A stretch of DNA of 45,310 nt. Source: an uncultured Gammaproteobacteria bacterium (lineage in GTDB: Bacteria > Patescibacteriota > Microgenomatia > Levybacterales > UBA12049). The notes under the pieces are model-generated. The model did not search any database. It was not told where the DNA came from and was given only the letters and a program-made list of their open reading frames with translations. Positions 16,485-25,137 of the stretch are shown here, in pieces. The stretch covers positions 1,262-46,571 of the forward strand of contig CAZSQB010000002.1 of the NCBI GenBank assembly GCA_964608945.1, given 5' to 3'. Both the position numbers and the translations under genes were made by a program. Every line of letters begins with the position of its first letter. The stretch's first letter is position 1.

Positions 16485-17741
16485 ATGAATACGGCAATGA
16501 AAATTGATGCATGCAGAATTTGTCACAATAGGTCATTGCTCCCATGCATTGATCTTGGACGCCAATATCTTTCCTCGGTTTTCCCAACAGATTTACAGTA
16601 TCGTAAAGATGCGAAGAAATATCCACTTGACTTAGTGTTGTGTAAAAAGAATAAAGATACCTGCGGGATTCTTCAATTGGCACATAATATAAATCTCGAA
16701 TCAATGTATGAGTTATATCCATTCTCAAGCTCTACAAATTCTTCAATGTCCGCAATTTTACATGATGTTGTAAATACTGCTCTCCCACATGTTGATCTAA
16801 AAGATGAAGATATTGTCCTTGATATAGGTGGTAACGATGGAACACTTCTTTCTTTTTTTCGAGAAAAAAAATTAGATCTCTTAGCTATTGATCCAGCAAA
16901 AAATATAAAACAAGTTTTTACATCTCATCGATATCAGTATATAAATAGTTTTTTTAATAAACAAATATATTATGCAACCACAGATAAAAAAGCAAAGTTA
17001 ATTTTTAGCATTGCAATGTTTTATCATTTATCTGACCCAATAACGTTTTCTAACGATGTGGAAGCATGTCTTAGTAATGATGGAGTATGGGTTATTCAAA
17101 TGGCCTATTTGCCGCTTATGCTTCAGACTAATATGTATGATAATATCGTGCATGAGCATGTGGGATATTATACAACGCATAATATGGAATGGATTATGAA
17201 TAATACTGGACTAGAAGTATTCGACGTCATGCTGAATGATGTCTATGGAGGGAGTTTTCGAATATTTGTGAAGAAAAAAAATAACAAGAGGCTCAAAAAA
17301 TCAAAGAGGCTTTTGAAAGTTTTGCAGGATGAAGCAAATTTTGGGGTTAACAAAGTTCAGACATATCATGACTTTATGACTCGTATTAAAAAAACAAAAA
17401 AGGACTTACTGACACTCATAAAACAGATCAAATCGCAAAAGAAAAACATTTGGATTTATGGTGCTTCTACCAAAGGCAATACAATTCTTCAGTATTGCGG
17501 GGTATCAAGCAAAGACATAGAAGCGGCTGCAGACTCAAATCCATTCAAGTTTGGTAAATACATCATTGGTGCAGATATCCCAATTAAAGATGAAATGACA
17601 ATGAGGAAAGCAAAACCGGATTATTTACTTGCACTCCCATATAGTTTTATTTCTAGCTTTATGAAGCGAGAAAAGGAACTTATTAAATCTGGTAGCAAAT
17701 TTATTATTCCTCTTCCTAATGTTACAATACTACCAACGTAA
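16485..17741 (+). CDS. NDP-hexose C-methyltransferase-like enzyme (Zn-ribbon Methyltransf_13 N-domain + SAM MTase + Methyltransf_14 C-domain), paralog 1
   Basis: CRICHN...CKKNKDTCGILQL provides a four-Cys ribbon. Motif I is VLDIGGNDGTLL, and IVHEHVGYY and a C-terminal Rossmann-like IWIYGASTKGNT are also present. The same architecture occurs at 29536-30816 and 32588-33835. Confidence 0.8.
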   Translation: MNTAMKIDACRICHNRSLLPCIDLGRQYLSSVFPTDLQYRKDAKKYPLDLVLCKKNKDTCGILQLAHNINLESMYELYPFSSSTNSSMSAILHDVVNTALPHVDLKDEDIVLDIGGNDGTLLSFFREKKLDLLAIDPAKNIKQVFTSHRYQYINSFFNKQIYYATTDKKAKLIFSIAMFYHLSDPITFSNDVEACLSNDGVWVIQMAYLPLMLQTNMYDNIVHEHVGYYTTHNMEWIMNNTGLEVFDVMLNDVYGGSFRIFVKKKNNKRLKKSKRLLKVLQDEANFGVNKVQTYHDFMTRIKKTKKDLLTLIKQIKSQKKNIWIYGASTKGNTILQYCGVSSKDIEAAADSNPFKFGKYIIGADIPIKDEMTMRKAKPDYLLALPYSFISSFMKREKELIKSGSKFIIPLPNVTILPT

Positions 17742-18457
17742 TGTGTCCAATGAATTCCGTCATAGAAGTAGTCATTCCAACATACAACGAGCGAAATGGA
17801 GTCGTTCAAGCAATTCTTAGTATTAAATCCGAAGTGCCGGATGCTGAAATAATTATTGTTGATGATAACTCTCCCGATAACACTGCCAATCTTGTGAAGG
17901 CTCGCTTTAGAAAAGACAAAAAAGTTCGGGTAGTCGTAAGAAAGAAAAAAGGGGGAAGGGGATCAGCTGTTATGCGAGGGTTCAGCGAGGGGTTAAAAAA
18001 TAAACATGCAAAATATTTTATTGAAATGGATGCGGATTTATGTCACAACCCGAAATATATAAAACAACTTGTAGATACGTGCAGAAAAGCAGATGTTGTG
18101 ATCGCATCCCGTTATTTACCTGGGTCAAAAGTAACTGGATGGAGCATGAAGCGAAAACTTATGAGCCATGCAATAAACACTTTGGCGAAACTGTTATTAC
18201 GTATTCCAATCAGTGACTATACAGACGGATTTCGATGTTACTCAAGAAATACAGTTAAGTTTCTTTGTTCTCAGAAATTTCGATCACGAGGATATATTGT
18301 CCTTTCAGAGGCGGCGTTTTTGTGCTTCAAAAAAGGTTTTGTGTTAAAAGAAGTCCCAATCAATATTCACTTTAAATCCGTATCAAAATCAAATTTAAAC
18401 GCAAAAGAAGTAAAAGAAGCTCTCCTCACATTACTCAGACTACGTTTTTTTAAGTAA
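17741..18457 (+). CDS. Polyprenyl-phosphate sugar synthase-like GT2 (Dpm1/ArnC/GtrB-like)
   Basis: Motifs seen are VVIPTYNERNGV, IIIVDDNSPDNT, GRGSAVMRGF and EMDADLCHNP. The start overlaps the upstream stop (TAATG). Confidence 0.85.
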   Translation: MCPMNSVIEVVIPTYNERNGVVQAILSIKSEVPDAEIIIVDDNSPDNTANLVKARFRKDKKVRVVVRKKKGGRGSAVMRGFSEGLKNKHAKYFIEMDADLCHNPKYIKQLVDTCRKADVVIASRYLPGSKVTGWSMKRKLMSHAINTLAKLLLRIPISDYTDGFRCYSRNTVKFLCSQKFRSRGYIVLSEAAFLCFKKGFVLKEVPINIHFKSVSKSNLNAKEVKEALLTLLRLRFFK

Positions 18458-20284
18458 TTTACTTCTGCTTGAAAACCTCGTTAAGAAATGAAACAAGAGA
18501 TACCCTAACAGGCTCAAAAATCCAAGCATGCTTATTTTTTTTAAAACTCTTAAAACTAGAACATCTTCGTATATTACTTGTATATAATGAATCCCTTTAG
18601 GAAGTTGAAAGCGTATTACGCCTTCTGCATCATGATCTATGTTAATTAGTTTATTGTTGTCAAAAACTTGCCAACCTGGAAAAAACAAGGTGTTTTCTCT
18701 CAGTACTGTTGGCGTCTTTGCAAAGAGAATATATGTGTGTATTGTAGAACTTCGCTGTAGTTCTTTTATTTCTGCAAAGTTTTTTATAGTCTCTAGATGA
18801 GCTGGGGGGAGCTTTGCAAACCATGGATCTTTTTTATTTTTCCATTTAGAGTTAGCGTACCAATGTCCTTCTGCTTCTGACGTACTTTTCCATAGATTAT
18901 GAATAAGGTTTTGGTCACTAATTTCAGGAATAACTCGGCGATGTCCCCAATTTAATATTGTCGAAAAAATCGTAAGTCCAATGAGTAACAAAAGAAAGAT
19001 CTGCTTCTTCAATACATAGAAACTCAAATACCCTCCTAAAATTGAAGAGGCAAAAACAGTAAGAAGAAGCAGGCGATGTGATCCCCCAGTAGAACTGAGA
19101 AACGGCAGCATGCCCCATACGAATTTTGAATACTCTGTAATAAAAAAAATGAGTGAGATAAAGGCAAACAGCCAAAAGGTAATCTGGTATTTATGTTTGT
19201 TGGAAATTTTTTTGCGCAGCAACAATATGAGGAGGATGATGACAACAAGAATATGTGCATATCCTATGAGTAACGAGATCTCGCCACGTGACCCTTGGAA
19301 AAGCAATCCTATTCTCCATGGAGAGAAAAGGAGCATCCAGATTTGAGGAAAAGAACTGAAGCCACTGTATTGACTAACAATAGTATATTGTGCGAGAAAA
19401 AACGGCGTTAACCATATATAGAGAGTAGGGATGCTTCCAGAAATGAAAGTGGAAAGAGCAAGAAGAAGTACCTGTTTTTTTTTCAAGCTGAATGAGAGAA
19501 AGACTGCATAACAAGACAAGAGAACGATTGCAAAAAACGCAAGCACAACATGGCTCATGATAAGAAGCGCTACAGATAGAGAGGTCAGGATAAACCATTT
19601 GCCAGTTTTTTCCTCCCAAAGTTTTTGTAAAAAGAAAAATACAAGCGGGAGCAGAGTAAAAATCATGATTTCGCCGATGACAATTTTAAAATGCAAATCT
19701 ATCAAGTGGTATGGCGCAAATTGATAAAAAATTGCAGTTACAAAAGCAGCAAGGTTATTTTTAAGAAGTCTTCTTGCACAAAAATACATAAAAATTCCTG
19801 AGAGGAGAAAGTTTGTCGCCAAGAATAATTTCATGCTAGTGATGAATGAAAATCCCAGGAAATGAAAGAAGCTTATGACATAGTAAGGGAGCGGATAATT
19901 GAAAATAAAAAGTGGATATCCATATGTCGCGTTTAAATCTCCTGCCCAGGATGGAATAATAATTCCTTCTTTTAGCGAGTCGTAATATGCCATTGCCCGA
20001 TAAATATGCACATTAAAGTCGCCGCTTTCATATGTTCCAGGACGTAAAATGCTGAGAGTAGGTAGGATGGAAATTATGATAAGGAGGATAAAAAGCGGTA
20101 TTTGTTTTTTGGGAAAGATATATCGGTATGCCATGCTTCCTAAAAATACAGTCATTACTCCGATGATATTGACGACAACCATACGGTATGGCTCAAGCAT
20201 GCTGCTATAATAGACGAAATCCATATTCTTAAGCAAATATGAAGGTGTCATTTGTAACAACTGTTTTGAATGAGGAAGGGACAA
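18440..20284 (-). CDS. Large polytopic membrane protein, GT-C-like (resembles the PTPS-related membrane family)
   Basis: 614 aa with more than 10 hydrophobic segments. The first loop reads GTYESGDFNVHIYRAMAYYDSLKEGIIIPSWAGDLNATYGYPLFIFNYPLPYY, and a soluble C-terminal domain follows. The start is ambiguous among ATGs at 20284, 20251 and 20224. Confidence 0.6.
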   Translation of the reverse strand: MSLPHSKQLLQMTPSYLLKNMDFVYYSSMLEPYRMVVVNIIGVMTVFLGSMAYRYIFPKKQIPLFILLIIISILPTLSILRPGTYESGDFNVHIYRAMAYYDSLKEGIIIPSWAGDLNATYGYPLFIFNYPLPYYVISFFHFLGFSFITSMKLFLATNFLLSGIFMYFCARRLLKNNLAAFVTAIFYQFAPYHLIDLHFKIVIGEIMIFTLLPLVFFFLQKLWEEKTGKWFILTSLSVALLIMSHVVLAFFAIVLLSCYAVFLSFSLKKKQVLLLALSTFISGSIPTLYIWLTPFFLAQYTIVSQYSGFSSFPQIWMLLFSPWRIGLLFQGSRGEISLLIGYAHILVVIILLILLLRKKISNKHKYQITFWLFAFISLIFFITEYSKFVWGMLPFLSSTGGSHRLLLLTVFASSILGGYLSFYVLKKQIFLLLLIGLTIFSTILNWGHRRVIPEISDQNLIHNLWKSTSEAEGHWYANSKWKNKKDPWFAKLPPAHLETIKNFAEIKELQRSSTIHTYILFAKTPTVLRENTLFFPGWQVFDNNKLINIDHDAEGVIRFQLPKGIHYIQVIYEDVLVLRVLKKISMLGFLSLLGYLLFHFLTRFSSRSKLLKKT

Positions 20285-21222
20285 TTATGGCTTTTCTTGA
20301 GTCTGTTGTTAAACAAACGAAAAAACCAGATGAGGTGATAGTCGTTGACGGAGGGAGTACCGACAAGACGTTGTCGGTAATGTCAAATTTCCCCACTTCG
20401 TCCCGCTCAGCGGGACTTCGAGGGGCAAGCAAAATCAAAAGTTCCAGTTTAAAGTTTAAAGTTTTGCAAAAGAGCGGGAACAGATCGGTTGGGAGAAATG
20501 AGGGAATTCAGCAAGCGAGTGGAGATATTATTTTGGTTTCTGATGCTGGGTGTACGTTGGATAGGAATTGGGTAAAGCGGATATCTGAACCATTTGTAGA
20601 TCCGAGTGTTGATGTTGTTGCAGGATACTATGCAGCAAAACCAAAAACTGTTTTTGAAGAATGTCTGGTGCCGTTCGTATTGGTTATGCCGGACAAGCTT
20701 AATCCTGCTACTTTCCTTCCTGCAACGCGCTCAATGGCTTTGCGCAAACGCATCTGGAAGAAAGCGGGAGGATTTGATGAGGTATTGCCACATAATGAGG
20801 ATTATGTCTTTGCCAAAGAATTGAAGTCAGTGCACGCTCGGATAGTTTTTAAGCAAGATGCAATAGTGTACTGGCAGCCAAGAAATAATCTCATACAAGC
20901 ATTTATCATGTTTTTTCGTTTTGCACTGGGAGACGCAGAAGCGAGTATTGTTCGATCTAAGGTAATTATATTACTCTTACGCTACGTCATTGGATCTATA
21001 CTATTGCTATTTGTGTTGTCGAATATATTAAGCGCTTATCTATTTTTTCTCCTGTTGTTAGGATATGTATTCTGGGCAATTTTAAAAAATTATCATTATG
21101 TTCGAGACAACAGAGCGTTTCTTATATTACCCCTGTTGCAGATTACTGCAGATATTGCTGTCATTTGCGGGACAATGTATGGTTTTATTAAGTCGTTATG
21201 GGATATACAAAAGCAACATTAA
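20239..21222 (+). CDS. Glycosyltransferase family 2 with C-terminal TM segments and an in-frame hairpin insertion
   Basis: Motifs seen are VSFVTTVLNEE, VIVVDGGSTDKT, GRNEGIQQASGDIILVSDAGC and HNEDYVF. The extra segment FPTSSRSAGLRGASKI is encoded by the GC hairpin region at 20391-20425. Confidence 0.8.
   Translation: MKVSFVTTVLNEEGTIMAFLESVVKQTKKPDEVIVVDGGSTDKTLSVMSNFPTSSRSAGLRGASKIKSSSLKFKVLQKSGNRSVGRNEGIQQASGDIILVSDAGCTLDRNWVKRISEPFVDPSVDVVAGYYAAKPKTVFEECLVPFVLVMPDKLNPATFLPATRSMALRKRIWKKAGGFDEVLPHNEDYVFAKELKSVHARIVFKQDAIVYWQPRNNLIQAFIMFFRFALGDAEASIVRSKVIILLLRYVIGSILLLFVLSNILSAYLFFLLLLGYVFWAILKNYHYVRDNRAFLILPLLQITADIAVICGTMYGFIKSLWDIQKQH
20400..20416. repeat. GC-rich hairpin GTCCCGC-TCA-GCGGGAC inside a GT2 coding sequence
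   Basis: This is a perfect 7-bp stem with the same stem sequence as 9725-9745. It is flanked by CCCC...GAGGGG. Confidence 0.6.
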
Positions 21223-22430
21223 GCGGAATTTCTTGGCTCGGCGCGTCTCGTCTATTCATTCGACTGGGTTCACTAGTAAGACTCGCTATTATCGCGAGAA
21301 TTCTTACTCCATCCCAGCTTGGATTATTTGGTATAGCGTCACTTGTTCTTGTCTTTTCCGAAATCATCACTGAAACTGGGATTAATGTACTTTTGTTGCA
21401 GGAGAAACATTCAGTCGATCGTGTCGTAAATACTGCATGGATAATCTCCATTGTCAGAGGTTTCCTCATATCTGTTTTTATCTTTATCGCTGCACCTTTG
21501 ATCGCTGCTTTTTTCTCCGCACCTGATGCTGTCTTTCTCATTCAGTTGATAAGCCTTGTCCCGCTCATACGTGGGTTCATCAACCCTTCTATTATTCGTT
21601 TTCACAAAGAACTCCAATTTCGTTCAGAATTTTATTACCGATCTGCTATTTATACTGTCGATGCAGGTTTGGCAGTATTGTTTACATTTCTTCTTCAATC
21701 ACCAGTAGGGATAATTATTGGATTTATCGGCGGGGTAATACTTGAGGTAATTCTTTCTTTTTATATTGTGAAACCCCGGCCGAAATTTCATTTTCGTAAA
21801 GATATATTTCTCCAGATTTTAAAAAAAGGAAAGTGGGTGACGCTTGCTGGTATATTTAATTATTTATTTGAAAATGCAGACGATATCGTGGTTGGTAAAT
21901 TGCTTGGCATGACGGCTCTTGGACTGTACGACACTTCTTATAGAATTTCGATGCTCCCGACTACCGAGGGAAGCGACGTAATATCAAAAGTGACATTTCC
22001 GATATATGTAAAAATAGTTGATGAAAAAGAGAGATTGAGAAAAGGGTTTATCAAAATGGTGTGCTTAATCAGCGCACTATTACTACCCGCTGCATTCATA
22101 TTTTTCTTTTTTCCATCACAAATTATTTATTTTGTACTTGGTCCGAAGTGGATGAGTGCTGCTCCGGTATTACAAGCGCTTGGGGTGTACGGAGTAATAC
22201 GAGCTATTTCTAACACCGCTCAGCCTCTCTTTTATGCTCTTAAAAGACAGGATATTGTCTCAAAGGTTAGCATGTTTAGTTTTTTCGTTCTTATGGGAAC
22301 GATATTTTTTTTCATTGAAAGGTTTGGATTAGTCGGGGCGGGATACGCTGCACTCACCGCTACAATTGTTGTAGCGCCATATATAGTCTACAATGTCTAC
22401 TCTGTCTTGCAGAAACACTCCCTTTCATAG
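21198..22430 (+). CDS. Wzx-like oligosaccharide flippase (MOP superfamily, polysaccharide biosynthesis protein)
   Basis: 410 aa with about 12 TM segments. The N-terminus GISWLGASRLFIRLGSLVRLAIIARILTPSQLGLFG is typical of the Polysacc_synt family. Confidence 0.8.
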   Translation: MGYTKATLSGISWLGASRLFIRLGSLVRLAIIARILTPSQLGLFGIASLVLVFSEIITETGINVLLLQEKHSVDRVVNTAWIISIVRGFLISVFIFIAAPLIAAFFSAPDAVFLIQLISLVPLIRGFINPSIIRFHKELQFRSEFYYRSAIYTVDAGLAVLFTFLLQSPVGIIIGFIGGVILEVILSFYIVKPRPKFHFRKDIFLQILKKGKWVTLAGIFNYLFENADDIVVGKLLGMTALGLYDTSYRISMLPTTEGSDVISKVTFPIYVKIVDEKERLRKGFIKMVCLISALLLPAAFIFFFFPSQIIYFVLGPKWMSAAPVLQALGVYGVIRAISNTAQPLFYALKRQDIVSKVSMFSFFVLMGTIFFFIERFGLVGAGYAALTATIVVAPYIVYNVYSVLQKHSLS

Positions 22431-22478
22431 AGATAATGCTATAATAGCAAGACAAAATATCCATGCTTGATACCTTCT

Positions 22479-23600
22479 ATGAAAATCGCTTTATTTTATA
22501 ATCTCAATTTTGGCGGTGCAAAACGCGTTGTTTATGAGCAGGTAAAAGGTCTGGCAAAACGAGGACATACGGTTGATGTATATACGACAGATACAAAGAT
22601 TGATATCTTTGATGCATCACCCTTTGCCAATGCTATTTTTACCTATCCCGGACAGTCAAAAAAGAGAAGTTTAAAGATCGCGTCTCGTCTTCAAAACGAT
22701 GCCTATACATTTTTTAAGTTAAAAAGTCTCCACAAAAAAATAGCAAAAGATATTGATAGCCGCGGCTATGATATAGTATTTGCTCACCCGGATAAACTTA
22801 CCCAAGCCCCCTTTTTACTGCGATACTTAAAAACGCCGTCTGCGTACTATTGTCAGGAACCATTACGAATTGTTTATGAATACGCGTTACGGTTCAAAGA
22901 CAGCGTAGGATTGACAAAGAAGCTTTATGAGGAAGGGACACGATATATACGAAAAAAAATAGATAGGACAAATACAAGAGCAGCAGATCATCATCTCGCG
23001 AGTTGTCTGCATATTCGCGAACGCATGATTGAAGCGTATGACGTCTATCCAGATATTTCGTATCCAGGAATTGATAACGCTGTATTTAAGAAAAAAAAGA
23101 CAAAGAAAACAAATACCGTTATCTTTGTCGGAGGGAAGGATGTTGTAACAGACGGGTATAATCTTGCCCAGCAGGCGATAAAATTGATCCCGGCAAAAAA
23201 AAGGCCAAAACTTTTGGTTGTTTCCTGGAAAAAGAGCAATGAAGACCGATTGTCAGATAAGGAGTTGGTCAGTCTCTATAATAGTGCTGTTGCGGTTTTG
23301 TGCCTTAGTAGGCTTGAGACATTTGGATTAGTGCCGCTTGAGGCGATGTCGTGTGGCGTACCAATTATTGCTACAAATATCAGTGGACACAGAGAAACAG
23401 TTATCAACAACAAAACAGGATTTTTAGTTGAGTTCCATCCTCGGGAAATCGCAGGAAAAATAAAATATCTTATCGAAAATCCTACTGAGGCCACGAGAAT
23501 GGGAGAGGAAGGGATATTGCATGTTGATAAGTTTTGGTCGTGGGAGAAGGTGATTTTGCCACTTGAGAAGACGCTAAGCGCATATATTCGCAATACGTGA
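22479..23600 (+). CDS. Glycosyltransferase family 4 (GT-B fold)
   Basis: The N-terminus is MKIALFYNLNFGGAKRVVYEQVKGLAKRGH. ETFGLVPLEAMSCGVPIIATNISGHRETV...GFLV is the EX7E-type GT4 signature. The ORF-track start at 22467 is a TTG, so ATG 22479 is preferred. TGCTATAAT lies at 22437-22445. Confidence 0.85.
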   Translation: MKIALFYNLNFGGAKRVVYEQVKGLAKRGHTVDVYTTDTKIDIFDASPFANAIFTYPGQSKKRSLKIASRLQNDAYTFFKLKSLHKKIAKDIDSRGYDIVFAHPDKLTQAPFLLRYLKTPSAYYCQEPLRIVYEYALRFKDSVGLTKKLYEEGTRYIRKKIDRTNTRAADHHLASCLHIRERMIEAYDVYPDISYPGIDNAVFKKKKTKKTNTVIFVGGKDVVTDGYNLAQQAIKLIPAKKRPKLLVVSWKKSNEDRLSDKELVSLYNSAVAVLCLSRLETFGLVPLEAMSCGVPIIATNISGHRETVINNKTGFLVEFHPREIAGKIKYLIENPTEATRMGEEGILHVDKFWSWEKVILPLEKTLSAYIRNT

Positions 23601-23634
23601 AGCCAGTCGTGCAGAAGAAATTCGCGCAGCTTAC

Positions 23635-25137
23635 ATGCTCATGAAAAAAAAGCTATTTAAAAAAAATCATGGATTCCTTCGAAGTATGCGAGCCTCATTT
23701 TTGTTACTCATTTTCATTCTGGGCCTATCAGGGTTTCTTAATCTGTATAAGATCAATAGTCTAATGATGTTTATTGGCGACTTTGGCCGGGACTATCTTG
23801 CAGCGCGGGATATGCTATTGACAGGAAATATTCCGCTCGTTGGCATCCCTTCATCTGTCGTTTGGCTCCATCAAGGCCCGCTTTCAATTTATTTTATCAC
23901 ATTATCATTATTCGTTGGCAGATTTCATCCTGTTGCACCCGCGGTTTTTTATGGAGTAGTTGGAACTGCGAGTACGTATCTTGTTTATAGGGTAGGTGCA
24001 GAGTACTTAAATACGAAAGTTGGCTTGTTGTCTGCGTTGCTTTACGCGACCTCTCCTCTTATTGTTATTAGCGCGAGAATGCCATATCATACATCGTCAA
24101 TACCGTTTTTTGCCTGCCTTTTTTTCCTACTGCTATATAAAGTCTTACAAGGAAAAACAAACTTCATATTTCTCATGTTCTTCATGCTTGGGCTATTGTT
24201 CCAGCTGGAATTGTCAAATGGCGTTTTATTTTTTCTTCTCGCTCTCGTAATCATCCTTTTTAGGAAACGTTTTAAGCGGTCGGAAGTAGCAAGAGGAGCG
24301 CTTGGGTTTTCACTAGGAATCCTTCCATTCATTCTTTATGATTTAACTCATGGATTTAAGCAGACAGTTGGATTTGCATTATGGGTAGCAAATAGAATTC
24401 GGCTCTTTTTTGGCTTAACAGTATCTGGTCAGTCAACTACAATACACGCGCCTGGCGCATTGCAGACAATTGCGGAACAAGTTGTAAGAGTCGTGTTTCC
24501 TTCATTTCCTTTTCTTGTCCTGTTGTTGCTAGGTATCTTGCTTATTGTGCTTCTCAAACAAAGAAAAAAAACACTTAATCGAAATAAAGTTCTCCCGCTC
24601 ACTCTTATCCTCCTCTGGATACTGGTGTCATTGTTTGGATTTTTTATTCACGCGGCACCCGGCACAGCGTACTTTCCTCTTGTTTTTCCGCCAATTGTTA
24701 TTCTCATTGGTTATATGTTTTACAAGCTTATGGAAAAGATAAAAGTAAGCCTCTTGCTTTTTGCCATCATCGTCATAATCAATGTGGCTTTTATCCTGCG
24801 TCATTCCTACTTTCTCGAAACGCAGTATGCAAATGGCGCCACAGTACCTGGTTGGTCGTATGGATTAGGACCAGCACTGTCAGAGCAGCTAAAACTTACA
24901 GATTTTATTGTTTCTGATGCGAAAAATCGGAGTGTGCAGCTAAAAGGAGGCGGGTTTCTTTCAAAGTTTCAATCAAGTATTGATAACTATAAATATCTTG
25001 CATTGTGGAAAGGTATAATAATAAGCGATAAAGCGCCAATAATATACACCATTTACGTTGATAAGCGAGAAATCCCCAAAAAAGAGAAGGTAGTGTTTTC
25101 AAATAATATTCATTACGTTGTCAGGCATGAAAAATAG
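23635..25137 (+). CDS. Polytopic membrane glycosyltransferase, GT-C fold (ArnT/GT39-like)
   Basis: 500 aa. An acidic motif (GDFGRDYLAARDMLLTGNIPLVG) follows TM1, and there are more than 10 hydrophobic segments plus a C-terminal soluble domain. Confidence 0.7.
   Translation: MLMKKKLFKKNHGFLRSMRASFLLLIFILGLSGFLNLYKINSLMMFIGDFGRDYLAARDMLLTGNIPLVGIPSSVVWLHQGPLSIYFITLSLFVGRFHPVAPAVFYGVVGTASTYLVYRVGAEYLNTKVGLLSALLYATSPLIVISARMPYHTSSIPFFACLFFLLLYKVLQGKTNFIFLMFFMLGLLFQLELSNGVLFFLLALVIILFRKRFKRSEVARGALGFSLGILPFILYDLTHGFKQTVGFALWVANRIRLFFGLTVSGQSTTIHAPGALQTIAEQVVRVVFPSFPFLVLLLLGILLIVLLKQRKKTLNRNKVLPLTLILLWILVSLFGFFIHAAPGTAYFPLVFPPIVILIGYMFYKLMEKIKVSLLLFAIIVIINVAFILRHSYFLETQYANGATVPGWSYGLGPALSEQLKLTDFIVSDAKNRSVQLKGGGFLSKFQSSIDNYKYLALWKGIIISDKAPIIYTIYVDKREIPKKEKVVFSNNIHYVVRHEK

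Noticed and set aside
18440-20284. The head-to-head 46-nt overlap of the maximal ORFs 18440-20284 (-) and 20239-21222 (+) as a functional overlap.
   Set aside because: Internal ATGs at 20251 and 20224 on the minus strand remove most or all of the overlap. The start cannot be resolved from sequence alone, so this is treated as annotation ambiguity.
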